A program made the translations under genes and the position numbers. Below the pieces are notes generated by a model. The model saw only the letters and a program-made list of their open reading frames with translations, was not told the DNA's origin and did no database searches. 64,000 nt of DNA from a virus, in the IMG/VR virus record IMGVR_UViG_3300012953_000001, positions 96,001 to 160,000 of that record. One strand, written 5' to 3'. Every line of letters begins with the position of its first letter. The stretch's first letter is position 1. This document shows positions 28,917-38,604 of the stretch, one piece after another.

Positions 28917-30064
28917 ATAGACCACCGGTCATTCTTTAGGCCTTCCTTCGTTCTCGGCGTAAGGTTTTGCCTATTGATCTGGGGTGTTGGGTAATACTCT
29001 CGGTATGGCATGGTTCCTCCGGAAGGAGTAGTCTTGCCAGTCTTACCGCCTAATCCGCCTTTGGCTTTAGGAGATTTGAGGAAAGCGCCCTTTGCTGCCT
29101 TAAGCCTATCGGTGAGACGGTTCTTGTCCCATGCTTTTTTGGCTTCCCAGCCCAGTACCCCTCCAGCAGCAGCGATTGCTGGTTTAGAGTTAACAAGCCT
29201 TGCAGCCATGCCACCCATTCTTCCGTAGTTTCTTCCAGCACGAGCAGCGAAAGTAGCCCCTCTGTTACCCCAAGTGGTAACAGGTGCTTTGATCCCAGTG
29301 CGTCCTCGCTTGAATCCCTCTTGCAAGCCTTTGCCAGCAGCCTGGGGGATTTGGCGGAGTCCAGTGGCCCCTGAGCGAACAGCAGCCTTTAGTCCTCTCC
29401 CTAATAAAGCCAAGTTTGCTGTCTTCACAGCGTCAACGCTCCCAGCCTTGCTCAACATAGTTAAGTAGGATCCTCCACGGACTTGCGAAGGGGGCGTAGG
29501 CGGCTTTATTGTTTTCGCCGCCGCGCTCAATGCCCCAGATTGCGCCTTATGTATCCAGCTACTCTTAACCTTTATTGGTTTGCCTGTGGTGTCAGGTTGT
29601 CCATTGCTTCCTTTAGGTAATTTGTATGCACCATAAGAGGACGCTTGCAGCGTGAGCGGGTGACCGCCCTGGGCGATTTTGCGTAATGCTGAATTTAGTT
29701 TCACTTTAGCTCCTGGAAAGACTGCGTCTTTGACCGGGTTTGGGTGCTCCCAGACCCTCTTCAGGGTTTTCTGGTAGCGCCCTTCTGGTTTTCTTGGTGT
29801 AGAGGATATTCCGCCACCACCTTTCATAATATCCAGGTAACTTCCCCCACGCGCCTGCCCACGTTGCGCACCACCGCTGCTCCCTTTGGAAGCTGAGGCT
29901 ACCGCCCTACTTAAGATCTTTGACGTGTCTTTTGTCTCTGGGTACTTCATTGGAGCGCCAGAGTACGGGTCTAACCCTGACTGCCTAAAAATTTCGAAGT
30001 CAGACTTGGCTAGCTTCTCAAAAGCATCGTTAATATATGCTAAGTAATACTGCTTAGTACTCAT
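28913..30064 (-). CDS. Basic protein with EKLA and two RGGSYL motifs
   Basis: INDAFEKLAK, ARGGSYLDIM, VRGGSYLTML. Confidence 0.6.
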   Translation of the reverse strand: MSTKQYYLAYINDAFEKLAKSDFEIFRQSGLDPYSGAPMKYPETKDTSKILSRAVASASKGSSGGAQRGQARGGSYLDIMKGGGGISSTPRKPEGRYQKTLKRVWEHPNPVKDAVFPGAKVKLNSALRKIAQGGHPLTLQASSYGAYKLPKGSNGQPDTTGKPIKVKSSWIHKAQSGALSAAAKTIKPPTPPSQVRGGSYLTMLSKAGSVDAVKTANLALLGRGLKAAVRSGATGLRQIPQAAGKGLQEGFKRGRTGIKAPVTTWGNRGATFAARAGRNYGRMGGMAARLVNSKPAIAAAGGVLGWEAKKAWDKNRLTDRLKAAKGAFLKSPKAKGGLGGKTGKTTPSGGTMPYREYYPTPQINRQNLTPRTKEGLKNDRWSI

Positions 30065-30073
30065 TATTACCTC

Positions 30074-30490
30074 CTAATATCCAGAAGAAGCTGAAGCTAC
30101 AGCAGCTTGTGCTTTTCCGCTAGTCCCAGTGCTCATTCGATCACCAGTTTTAATACGCATGTTAGAATCCTTCAATAGCTGATCTTTAACCAACCGGCTA
30201 AACGGTTCGAGAACTTTATTAGATGACAGCACTCGGTAAAAGCCAGCCATCTTAGACTGGTGTACCAGCAGAATATCAGGAGATACATACGCGAGGAAGC
30301 GTATATGGTGGGTTGCGGTGTCATAAGAGTAGGTCGTAAAGACCTCGTTCCTGTTCGGACCAATAGTTGTGTACTGTGCTGGTTCGCCCGAAAAAGGAGT
30401 CTGCTGAAACTGCCCCGTGCTGTTGTAGGTTTGTCGATTAACTCCATAGAAGTTAGTTACGACATCGAACTTGTTTGCGAGTGAAAACAT
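30074..30490 (-). CDS. Hypothetical protein downstream of tape measure
   Basis: 138-aa ORF with ggag RBS. Confidence 0.6.
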   Translation of the reverse strand: MFSLANKFDVVTNFYGVNRQTYNSTGQFQQTPFSGEPAQYTTIGPNRNEVFTTYSYDTATHHIRFLAYVSPDILLVHQSKMAGFYRVLSSNKVLEPFSRLVKDQLLKDSNMRIKTGDRMSTGTSGKAQAAVASASSGY

Positions 30491-30502
30491 TTATTACTCT
30501 CC

Positions 30503-33500
30503 TTAATTCTGTCCGGGCGGCTTCCAAGCCTTCAATTTGTCTGCCAATCCACTGAGTGCTGTTAAGACGCCCTGCACTGCTTCTTGGGCTCCTGCGCCTC
30601 CACCACCTCGGCCAGAAGTAGGATTAAGCGGAGCGAGGTTCGTTGATAGTCTTGTAATAAGCTGTTCACGCTTGGCCTTATCTCCGGCAGAGCCCGAGAC
30701 AAGATCTTTACTCAGCCCTTCGACCTCCTCCTCTGTAGCAGTCTTGCCAGACTTGCGGAAGATATCCCTCGCGGTCTCATTTAGCATACTCTCCAGTCTA
30801 GTGGTTAGTTCGCCTTTACCAGAAGAGGGATCTTTTAAGTACGCTTGTTCTTGCTTAGTCAGCTTATTGAATTTGGGGTTGTGCGAGATTGAGGACAAGA
30901 ACTTCATGGGAGAGTCTTTCGCCTCTTCCCACTGTTTCGTGTAATAACGAACGTTTGCGCCAACAACTGCCGCTCTACCTGTAAAGGCTGTACCACCCTT
31001 AGCCAACGAAGTAATTGCCCGATCTTTACCCTCATCGGTCATGTCATCGCCTAGGAACATCCCGGCGACTTTTTTCATTGCCTCGTTTTCATGGTCTTTA
31101 ATCTTGAAGCCTGACGATGGATCGTAGCTTCCCTGACCTTTATTAAACTCCTCAAGGTGCTTAGAAAAAGCATTCTTGCTGGCGTACCCACCAGCCATCG
31201 CTGCCATTCTAGAGCCTGAGGTGGCTTGGATTGACTCATCACCAAGAGCTTTTGTACGACCACCCAAGTAGCCGATGAGCTTTTTGCCCTCTTCACTGTC
31301 CTTGACCAGGGTGTCAAAGTTGGTTCCTTGGCCCCACCCGGCCTGCGCCAAAGACTTATTGGCACCCGTGTGAAGCATCAGTTTGTCATTGAGCGCACCG
31401 GGCTCTTTCATTTTATCAATAAAGTCGCCTGCGGTCATCTGGTCACCGGACCCAAATGCGCCACCAGTCTTAGCTAACGCTGCACTAAACCCTGGGACAG
31501 AACGAAACTCATCTATGTAGGAAGACCTCTGCGAAGTAGTAAGTTGGCCTCTAGCTCTATCCGCTTTTAACCTAGAAAGAATGCCCTGATACGGAGAACC
31601 CTCCGCGCCAGATAGTGTTCTATGAATTTCTGATAATACCGCGTTGTCTGTTTCTTGAGTGCCGGTGCCCCCGTAAGGGCTTTGCAAGCCTGAGCTGTTC
31701 ATGCTCAACGCTTTAGCTGTGGGTGTGCTTGAGGCCCTGACTAGTTTTGTTATCTCTTCATGCGGGGCCAACCCATCCCCCTGCTTAAAGTCAGGATTCT
31801 TCATGTTTGTGAGATGCTTTGAGAGCGTCCCCTCATCTACCCCAAGTGTCGTAGACAGTCTTGATAAGGAATCACCAGACTGGTGCCCCAAAAGTTGCTC
31901 AGCAATTCGTTTTCCTTGATCGCCACCCTTACCCAAAAGAGCTGTGATGTGAGCACCTGTTCTGTGTCCAAGCATTGTTGTTGTTCTGTCCCGAGCAGAC
32001 TCAGGGTCCATTCGATATTGAGCAGATGCCTGGAATCGTTTCTTGAGGCTTCCTTGGAACATCCCTTTTCCGGACATGTATTGGTAAGCCTGGGAACTGT
32101 TCGCACCGGTCTTCTCCATGAAGACCTTCATTCTTCTCTCATCAGATACATTGCCCAGGGCAGCGATATCACCTGCCACGCTCGTGAGCCGTTGCTCTCC
32201 CCCTAAGGCATCTATCATAGCTGAGTGGTCTCCACCCATACCCGCTATGAGTTCATGGATTTTTTTCTGTCCTCCAGAGGTCAGGAATCCCTGCGTTCCA
32301 CCATAGCCTTTGCCCCCATCTTCAAAGGTTCCGCCCAGTGGGGTAAGTCCTAATGCTTGAGCGGCCTCTGCATCAAGACCACCAACTGCTCCACCAACCT
32401 TGTGCCTCTCAGTGATGCTATCACCCAAAACACCTACACCTTGAAGTGATTCAATTAGTCTTGCGTTATTACCAGTAATGGCTCCTGCGGAAATTCCCGA
32501 CATCCCATACTGACGCATAGCTTCAGGAGCTTGGTTGGTTATCGCATCGTAAGCCATGAGTGGTACACCTACTGCCCCCAATGCACCGCCACCCATTCGT
32601 CCTAAGAATCCACCAACTCGTAAAGCACCACCACCAAGTCTAGCTGTGCCACCAACTAGTCCGTGGCCACCCATGCCCATAAAACCAGAACCGCTACCAC
32701 CAAAGAGACCAGTGTAACCAGAAGGGCCACCGCCAGTTATGCGTTGACCAATGTTACTCATCACCGCACCGGTAGCGCCAAAGATATTTCGGCCACCGCC
32801 AAAACCTCTAAACGCTGACGCAAATGCGAGCCCTGTTTGTCCAGGCTGATATTGTTCCAACCCTAGACCGCCCATGGGGAGTTCACTAAATTGGGTGCCC
32901 CCTCCTAATCCAGGAAGTTGGAATCCCATTGGTGTGAAGTCTCTTGCGAACTGCCCAGCCCAGGTAGTTGGGTTGGGGCGTCCACCAAGTTGCATGCCTG
33001 CTTGACCGCCAATTGCTTGGGTTAGTCTGTTGCTCCATTGATTAAGAGCACTAGTATTACCTGTCCAAGATAAGTTCTGAATCTGGCTAGACCATCCTCG
33101 ACCTTCTGTTCTAGAGAATGCTCCCGAGCCACCTTGCCCGGTCAATTGCGTGTTAACATCCTGCACGGCATCTTGGTAATATTGAGTCATGCTTGCGCCG
33201 AGTTTTTGGAACTGCTGGCGCACCGGCTTGGTCAATTCACTAACAGCCTTGCTCATGATATCGGTGATGCCCATCATCCCACCGCTACCTTCTTTGAACC
33301 CGGCTCTCGCTTCTTCAAGCATCTTCTGTCGGAGTGGTCCGGTACTACTAGACAACATCTCCATTGCTCGATGGTCGTTTCGGGTCAGCCCGGTCATCTG
33401 TCTAATCATTGACTCGGGCGAACTGCTCCGGTTGGCCAAGCTTCGGAGAGGAGAGGCGATGGCTTGGGGTCCGAACTCAGAAATAAACTGCCCAGCTAAC

Positions 33501-34663
33501 TCACCCCCTCGTGCGTTAAGCATGTCACGGGCCCCGGCCCCTTGAATGTTCTGGTTGTACAGTCCCTGAATTTGTTTCCAGGAGTACCCACCACCAGCAA
33601 TTCGACCAGCAATGTCAGAGTCGAACTCTCCTGTGGGGGTCATCATCGCCCCTAAAACTGTTCTACCGTTCCTAGACCCTAGGAATCTCGTAGCTGCTCC
33701 TGTATATCTACCCTGCGCTGCACCAGTGATACCTTTAATGAGGTTATTACGTTCCGTATACCCATAGACACCTGCACTAACCATAGCCCCGGTAGCTGCT
33801 TGTCCCATATCAATGCCAGCGGCTTGTCCGAAGTTAGCTCCTGCTTGTGCTACTCCCATCATGCCAGCAGGAGAGATATTTGATGCTTGTCCAATTCCCT
33901 TCATGGTTCCTAAGAACCCAGCAGCCTGATCTCCTGTTATCCCCATACCACTAACAGACTGCATTGCCTGTTGTGCTTGTTGTAATGAGGTATTCATCAC
34001 AGTGGCTACTTGACGAACGTTGCTCATTAATTTGTTAAAGGACTGGGAAAATTGTGTGAGTGTACTTGTGTCAATCGCTCCGCTATGAACACCTTGTTGC
34101 ATTACAGAGGTAATCTCGCGAAGATTCCCCATACCCATACGAGCTTGCGACTCTACTTGAGCAGACATCATGCCTAGCCCTTGAGAGTTCATGCCCGGGA
34201 ACATCTGTCCCATTTGGGAATTAAGCATCCCGCGATTTTGTGCACCCGCAACCATGTGGTTGGTAGCCCAACTACCCATGGCACCCATACCCATGTATGC
34301 GCCCATTGCTGCGCCACCCATTCCGATGGCACCTGCTAATCCTTGTCGGGCGAATCCTTGACCACCCATATGCATGGACATGGTAAACGGGTCGAGTTGT
34401 CGTGGACCGAAACCGAACATGGACATCATGCCCAGTCCGCCCATAGCCATACCCGGCATACGAGCCATCCCACCGCCTACACTACCGGCATGAAGACCCA
34501 TCTGTGCTTGGTGGGTAGACTGTCTTGGGTCATTTACACCCATTCCACCATGACTCTGGTAACCGTACTGCGCGGAAACCGCATGAGCATACGCGGCTGA
34601 GGCACTAAACATCCCTACCTGGGACTGAATAATGCCGCTGATCTCGGTACTACTAATTGGCAT
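30503..34663 (-). CDS. Tail tape measure protein
   Basis: 1386 aa, Gly/Ala/Met-rich helical composition, upstream of hub and baseplate genes. Confidence 0.75.
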   Translation of the reverse strand: MPISSTEISGIIQSQVGMFSASAAYAHAVSAQYGYQSHGGMGVNDPRQSTHQAQMGLHAGSVGGGMARMPGMAMGGLGMMSMFGFGPRQLDPFTMSMHMGGQGFARQGLAGAIGMGGAAMGAYMGMGAMGSWATNHMVAGAQNRGMLNSQMGQMFPGMNSQGLGMMSAQVESQARMGMGNLREITSVMQQGVHSGAIDTSTLTQFSQSFNKLMSNVRQVATVMNTSLQQAQQAMQSVSGMGITGDQAAGFLGTMKGIGQASNISPAGMMGVAQAGANFGQAAGIDMGQAATGAMVSAGVYGYTERNNLIKGITGAAQGRYTGAATRFLGSRNGRTVLGAMMTPTGEFDSDIAGRIAGGGYSWKQIQGLYNQNIQGAGARDMLNARGGELAGQFISEFGPQAIASPLRSLANRSSSPESMIRQMTGLTRNDHRAMEMLSSSTGPLRQKMLEEARAGFKEGSGGMMGITDIMSKAVSELTKPVRQQFQKLGASMTQYYQDAVQDVNTQLTGQGGSGAFSRTEGRGWSSQIQNLSWTGNTSALNQWSNRLTQAIGGQAGMQLGGRPNPTTWAGQFARDFTPMGFQLPGLGGGTQFSELPMGGLGLEQYQPGQTGLAFASAFRGFGGGRNIFGATGAVMSNIGQRITGGGPSGYTGLFGGSGSGFMGMGGHGLVGGTARLGGGALRVGGFLGRMGGGALGAVGVPLMAYDAITNQAPEAMRQYGMSGISAGAITGNNARLIESLQGVGVLGDSITERHKVGGAVGGLDAEAAQALGLTPLGGTFEDGGKGYGGTQGFLTSGGQKKIHELIAGMGGDHSAMIDALGGEQRLTSVAGDIAALGNVSDERRMKVFMEKTGANSSQAYQYMSGKGMFQGSLKKRFQASAQYRMDPESARDRTTTMLGHRTGAHITALLGKGGDQGKRIAEQLLGHQSGDSLSRLSTTLGVDEGTLSKHLTNMKNPDFKQGDGLAPHEEITKLVRASSTPTAKALSMNSSGLQSPYGGTGTQETDNAVLSEIHRTLSGAEGSPYQGILSRLKADRARGQLTTSQRSSYIDEFRSVPGFSAALAKTGGAFGSGDQMTAGDFIDKMKEPGALNDKLMLHTGANKSLAQAGWGQGTNFDTLVKDSEEGKKLIGYLGGRTKALGDESIQATSGSRMAAMAGGYASKNAFSKHLEEFNKGQGSYDPSSGFKIKDHENEAMKKVAGMFLGDDMTDEGKDRAITSLAKGGTAFTGRAAVVGANVRYYTKQWEEAKDSPMKFLSSISHNPKFNKLTKQEQAYLKDPSSGKGELTTRLESMLNETARDIFRKSGKTATEEEVEGLSKDLVSGSAGDKAKREQLITRLSTNLAPLNPTSGRGGGGAGAQEAVQGVLTALSGLADKLKAWKPPGQN

Positions 34664-34673
34664 GTGTTATCTC

Positions 34674-35147
34674 CTAGCCCGCAAGCTTAATGGCAAGTCT
34701 CCTACCGGGAGGAGTGTCTGATGGTCTATACACAGTCTTAACAACATGCCTAGATTCCTTCTTGCCAACATCACCGATTATGGCGTGGCCGCGCCCGGGC
34801 CATGTGTAATGGTACGTCATTCCTTTACGCAGTCGCAGCTTCATCAAAGATTTACGTAGCCTATTGATCTCGTCTTGAGATACTTGCGAACGCTCATTGG
34901 CACGTTGTTCCACATGCCCAATCCTGGCCCTCGCTGTCTTCTTCTTTGCTCGATCAAGGATTGCCCGCTTCATTGCAGACAATTGCTTTGGGCTCATCTT
35001 ATCCAAACAAGACTTACCGGTTAGCTGCTTAGACCAGCGCTTAAACTTGGGGTCATCGTCCCAAGGTATCCCAGCCTTCGTTGCTAACCTATGTATCTCT
35101 TTTTTGCTCGCCATCCAAAGCTCCCTGCCTACCGCAGTATATGTCAT
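34674..35147 (-). CDS. Basic hypothetical protein
   Basis: 157 aa, Lys/Arg-rich; KKTAR and terminal IKLAG. Confidence 0.55.
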   Translation of the reverse strand: MTYTAVGRELWMASKKEIHRLATKAGIPWDDDPKFKRWSKQLTGKSCLDKMSPKQLSAMKRAILDRAKKKTARARIGHVEQRANERSQVSQDEINRLRKSLMKLRLRKGMTYHYTWPGRGHAIIGDVGKKESRHVVKTVYRPSDTPPGRRLAIKLAG

Positions 35148-35239
35148 TTATTAGGTATAAGCACCATGAGTTCTAATACATGGAACTCACTATGTTCAAC
35201 TGCGGAGATAAACTCTCCCTTATATTAAAGGAGTCTACT

Positions 35240-35380
35240 ATGGACTGGAAAGAAGTAGGAAAGGTTGTTTTCTTTGGCATCGTTGTTCCTGTAGCTGTGC
35301 AAGTCGCGTCACAGTTAGCAGCAGCGTGGGCTGAAGAAGCAACCCGTAAATCGAAGAATCCTATAAATATTAACCTGTAA
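35240..35380 (+). CDS. Small membrane protein
   Basis: aaggag RBS then ATG 35240; MDWKEVGKVVFFGIVVPVAVQV. Confidence 0.55.
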   Translation: MDWKEVGKVVFFGIVVPVAVQVASQLAAAWAEEATRKSKNPININL

Positions 35381-35742
35381 TGCTTATCGCACTACTAGTT
35401 TCCTTTGGGGTTCTTCTTATCACATGGGCACTTATTTACCCAGGTGGCCCGCTGGGATATTATCTACTTTACAGAGTGTCGAGCTTCCTCGGAAAATGCT
35501 TGGATGACAATGAGAGCGCCTTTACCCATGTAGATGGGTTTGGTGCCTTATGTGTGGTGTTTCCAAATAATATGTTTTGGATCAACCATAAAAAGAGAAC
35601 ACACCATTTATTATTAGAGGAACTAGCCAAGGCAGTAGCTATGCACCGGGGCTATAAGAATGGTGTGGCCAGGGTGACTGAGACGGATACGTCTTTTCGG
35701 TTCACTGGTGGTACGCGACCTTCGATTAAAAGCATTCTGTAA
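35380..35742 (+). CDS. Membrane-anchored hypothetical protein
   Basis: TAATG overlap; hydrophobic N-terminus. Confidence 0.55.
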   Translation: MLIALLVSFGVLLITWALIYPGGPLGYYLLYRVSSFLGKCLDDNESAFTHVDGFGALCVVFPNNMFWINHKKRTHHLLLEELAKAVAMHRGYKNGVARVTETDTSFRFTGGTRPSIKSIL

Positions 35743-35751
35743 ATCGCGACA

Positions 35752-35785
35752 TGTGCTGGGGGCGTAGGGTTCCTGCGCTCCCGCA
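35752..35785 (+). terminator. GC-rich hairpin after 35742
   Basis: gtgc-gggggcgtagg / cctgcgctccc-gcac; no clear U-tract. Confidence 0.4.
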
Positions 35786-35798
35786 CGCCTATGTGATC

Positions 35799-35828
35799 CG
35801 CAAAATTGAGCACCCTTCTTGGCATAAG
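35799..35828 (+). promoter_or_regulatory. Repeated phage promoter, copy 1
   Basis: CGCAAAA-N15-GGCATAAG. Confidence 0.7.
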
Positions 35829-35874
35829 AATGATGGAAAGAACAACCACCAGTCGTTTTCCTTAGGAGGGAAAA

Positions 35875-36234
35875 ATGCTCACAGACGTAACACAACAACA
35901 ACTTTCTACCGATGGCATCAAGCTCCGTGGAGGAGTGTTCCTGGACGACCAGGATCTCCTTGATGTTATCTCCCTAGCGGAGTTTGTGGAGGACCATCCT
36001 CGTGATGGCCACTACTACGTTGGGATGGATGGATGGGAAACCATTCGGAAGAATCTACCGGGCTCTAGGCAGTACCGGGGCCTTTCCGAGGATCTTCCCA
36101 CTGTCCACGCCGCACTGCTATCGGATGGCCGATGGCTGCTGTGGTGCTCGAAGACGCGTTTCGCTCCCGCGTATTTCGAGGTTCGTATCCCTAAGCCAAC
36201 TTCATCTGACCGGTTCGGTCTTAAGAGTTGGTAG
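35875..36234 (+). CDS. Hypothetical protein
   Basis: aggagg RBS, 119 aa. Confidence 0.65.
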   Translation: MLTDVTQQQLSTDGIKLRGGVFLDDQDLLDVISLAEFVEDHPRDGHYYVGMDGWETIRKNLPGSRQYRGLSEDLPTVHAALLSDGRWLLWCSKTRFAPAYFEVRIPKPTSSDRFGLKSW

Positions 36235-36261
36235 GAGCCCCGTCCACGTATGGTGGACTCC

Positions 36262-36292
36262 AAACGTGCAGAGTCCTTCTCCGCACGTTTTT
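36262..36292. terminator. Bidirectional intrinsic terminator between convergent genes
   Basis: aaacgtgcagag...ctccgcacgttttt. Confidence 0.6.
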
Positions 36293-36294
36293 AC

Positions 36295-36486
36295 TTAGTC
36301 ATCGCCCCAAGTATTGTCTATCCAATCTGGTTTATCAATCTTCTCAAGCTGGATGTCTTCGTACTCAGGATGAACATCAAAGAGAACCTCTAAGATCCTC
36401 TCTTTAGGGTAAGGAGCCTGGACCACAAAAGATTGTTCTGTTCTGGTCTCTGCATTAAATACAGTGGCCCTATAAAAAAGCATCAT
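36295..36486 (-). CDS. Hypothetical protein
   Basis: 63-aa ORF directly after 36489. Confidence 0.5.
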   Translation of the reverse strand: MMLFYRATVFNAETRTEQSFVVQAPYPKERILEVLFDVHPEYEDIQLEKIDKPDWIDNTWGDD

Positions 36487-36488
36487 GT

Positions 36489-36857
36489 TTAGATCTCTTC
36501 TGTATTATTGATATATTGATGGGCAGGCTTTCCCTTTTTAGGTGGGGGCACTGGGGTATTGATAACATTCGGGGGGAGTACCTTTCTCAACTCTTTGGGC
36601 GGTTTAAGCGCTTGGCAATCCATTGTTCGTTCCTGCTTCACCCGAAAGGCCACACCTTTATCTGCTAGCTCTTTCACGCTCTTCCCTTTGGGGTTACCTT
36701 CGGTAACCACCGCCACCCCCTGTGATACTTCAATATTTGTCCATTGGCAAATATATGTGGTTGTTTCAGGGGTGTTTTGGAGAGGTTTAGGCGGCGTACA
36801 GCAAGCAGAGCTAACTACTAATAAAATGACAAATACCTGTGGTGCTATACGCCTCAT
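36489..36857 (-). CDS. Putative lipoprotein
   Basis: Signal-like MRRIAPQVFVILLVVSSAC with lipobox-like Cys. Confidence 0.5.
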   Translation of the reverse strand: MRRIAPQVFVILLVVSSACCTPPKPLQNTPETTTYICQWTNIEVSQGVAVVTEGNPKGKSVKELADKGVAFRVKQERTMDCQALKPPKELRKVLPPNVINTPVPPPKKGKPAHQYINNTEEI

Positions 36858-36928
36858 AACTAATAATACACACGGTAATAAGCTAAGTAGAAGATCTTGA
36901 TTTATATTTTTATCGTGTCTGTGTATTA

Positions 36929-36958
36929 CGCGAAATACACTGTCAGTATTGGTATAAG
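36929..36958 (+). promoter_or_regulatory. Repeated phage promoter, copy 2
   Basis: CGCGAAA-N15-GGTATAAG upstream of the nucleotidyltransferase. Confidence 0.7.
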
Positions 36959-37005
36959 AACTATGCAGGGAAGTACTCTGTAACTTTGGTTAAAAGGAGA
37001 AGGAC

Positions 37006-37746
37006 ATGACTGTTCAACTATTTGAAGTGGGTGGTAGTATCCGCGACGAGATTCTCGGACTCGAAAACAAAGACCGAGACTTCGTAGGCGTCTGCCCCGA
37101 GGGGTGGGACGGTCTACTTTCTTGGGCAAACGAGACACTGGACAAAGTGTTTCTTGTAGCGCCCGAGTACTTCACTATTCGTGGCATCTTAGACAAAGAA
37201 GTGTTCGACATCGTTCTTGCTCGCAAGGATGGTGCGTACAGTGATGGAAGACGGCCCGATGAGGTGGAGCCCGGAACACTAGAGGACGATCTGGCGCGTC
37301 GAGATTTCACGATGAACGCCATTGCTCGCTCTGTAGATACGGGTGAAGTGTTTGACCCTTTCAATGGGATATCGGATGTCCGCAGTGGGGTCATCCGTTG
37401 TGTGGGCAATCACGAGAATAGGATTGAGGAAGATTCTCTAAGGATCTTACGTGCCCTGAGGTTCATGCTCACAAAGGGCCTGTCTTTGGACAGCCACCTA
37501 ACAGCAATGATTCATCAGGACAGGTTGGCCTATGACTGTGACGGTTGTGAGGATTGTCCTCGCATATCCGAGCTTCTAAATAACGTAAGTCGAGAACGTG
37601 TTCGTGAGGAGATCGCGAAAATGTTTAAAGCAGACTCTTTGCTTTCAGCAAGGATCCTATTCGACGAGCGACTTGTTCACGTGGACCTTCAGACAGCAAT
37701 CCTTGGGGATGACATCTGGCTGAAGCCCACAATGGAAAGAAGGTGA
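37006..37746 (+). CDS. cca: Compact class II tRNA nucleotidyltransferase (CCA-adding/poly(A) polymerase family)
   Basis: EVGGSIRDEILG, KDRDF (DxD), ARKDGAYSDGRRPDEV flexible loop, LARRDFTMNA, FDPFNGISD, EDSLRILRALRF. Confidence 0.85.
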   Translation: MTVQLFEVGGSIRDEILGLENKDRDFVGVCPEGWDGLLSWANETLDKVFLVAPEYFTIRGILDKEVFDIVLARKDGAYSDGRRPDEVEPGTLEDDLARRDFTMNAIARSVDTGEVFDPFNGISDVRSGVIRCVGNHENRIEEDSLRILRALRFMLTKGLSLDSHLTAMIHQDRLAYDCDGCEDCPRISELLNNVSRERVREEIAKMFKADSLLSARILFDERLVHVDLQTAILGDDIWLKPTMERR

Positions 37747-37749
37747 CTT

Positions 37750-37875
37750 ATGGACTTTAGATACATCATCGCAGCAGTTGTTGGTGTCGTTCTTTTACGA
37801 GACCTGTACGACACATACCGGAGAATCCAGGATGACAAAGAGTACGAACAAGAAACGGAAAGCGAAGAGTATTAA
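37750..37875 (+). CDS. Unannotated 41-aa membrane peptide
   Basis: MDFRYIIAAVVGVVLLRDLYDTYRRIQDDKEYEQETESEEY*; gaggtg RBS. Confidence 0.5.
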   Translation: MDFRYIIAAVVGVVLLRDLYDTYRRIQDDKEYEQETESEEY

Positions 37876-38020
37876 ATCTCGAAGCTTGCCTGCTCTCGGC
37901 TTAGCCCTCCGAACGGGGGGCTTTGCTGGGAAGCACCATACCCGGGACAGAGATGTTCTTCGGGGTTCAAGCCGAAAGGCAAAACACAAGGAGCGGTTAG
38001 GAACCTATGTTGAAGACTAA
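37832..38020 (+). CDS. Small basic protein
   Basis: ggag RBS; MTKSTNKKRKAKSIKSRSLPALGLALRTGGFAGKHH...RKAKHK. Confidence 0.5.
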   Translation: MTKSTNKKRKAKSIKSRSLPALGLALRTGGFAGKHHTRDRDVLRGSSRKAKHKERLGTYVED

Positions 38021-38046
38021 CCCTCCTTTTTACTAGGAGGTTTCCC

Positions 38047-38139
38047 ATGGAAACTAGATGCACAGAAGGACTACTAGTTTTTCTAGGAATGATGGTTTTA
38101 ATTATCACATATGTCTTATCACCATCTGAGCTTGGTTAA
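38047..38139 (+). CDS. Unannotated 30-aa membrane peptide
   Basis: aggagg RBS; METRCTEGLLVFLGMMVLIITYVLSPSELG*; TAATG overlap with the next gene. Confidence 0.6.
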   Translation: METRCTEGLLVFLGMMVLIITYVLSPSELG

Positions 38140-38429
38140 TGGAGAACATAAGTCCTTGTATGGGCAGCGGATACTGCTGCTGGAAGGTTTTATGTCCTAT
38201 AGGAGTAGATAGGCACGGACCACAGTCTGGTCCGTGTCCATCACTCACCTTCAAAGATGGTCGCCACTGGTGTGGTGTAGTTCTGGATGCAAAAACAGAG
38301 GAGGAGAAATCATGGCTAATCGAGACCTTGTCCGTAGGGGCGGGATGTTGCAGCGCAATGAACAGTTGGCGGAGGGAGCCGATCATAGATCGGACGAAGT
38401 ACCGCTACCCAGACCGGAATTCGTCTTAG
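38139..38429 (+). CDS. Cys-rich Zn/Fe-S cluster protein (YkgJ-like)
   Basis: PCMGSGYCCWKVLC, GPCPSL, HWCG, GAGCCS. Confidence 0.55.
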   Translation: MENISPCMGSGYCCWKVLCPIGVDRHGPQSGPCPSLTFKDGRHWCGVVLDAKTEEEKSWLIETLSVGAGCCSAMNSWRREPIIDRTKYRYPDRNSS

Positions 38430-38604
38430 AGTTCTTAAGATCTATTATCAAAAATAATCCAAACGGAGATGTCCTTGCTCTCTCCATGATGGAGGCGGCG
38501 AGAAATACCTCCGCCACAAAAGAAGAAATCGCAATTCTCAAAGAAGCCGTAAGAGGAGAAATGCGTTCTGGGTCAATGTGGCCTAAAGGATTCTTCTCAA
38601 GCCT

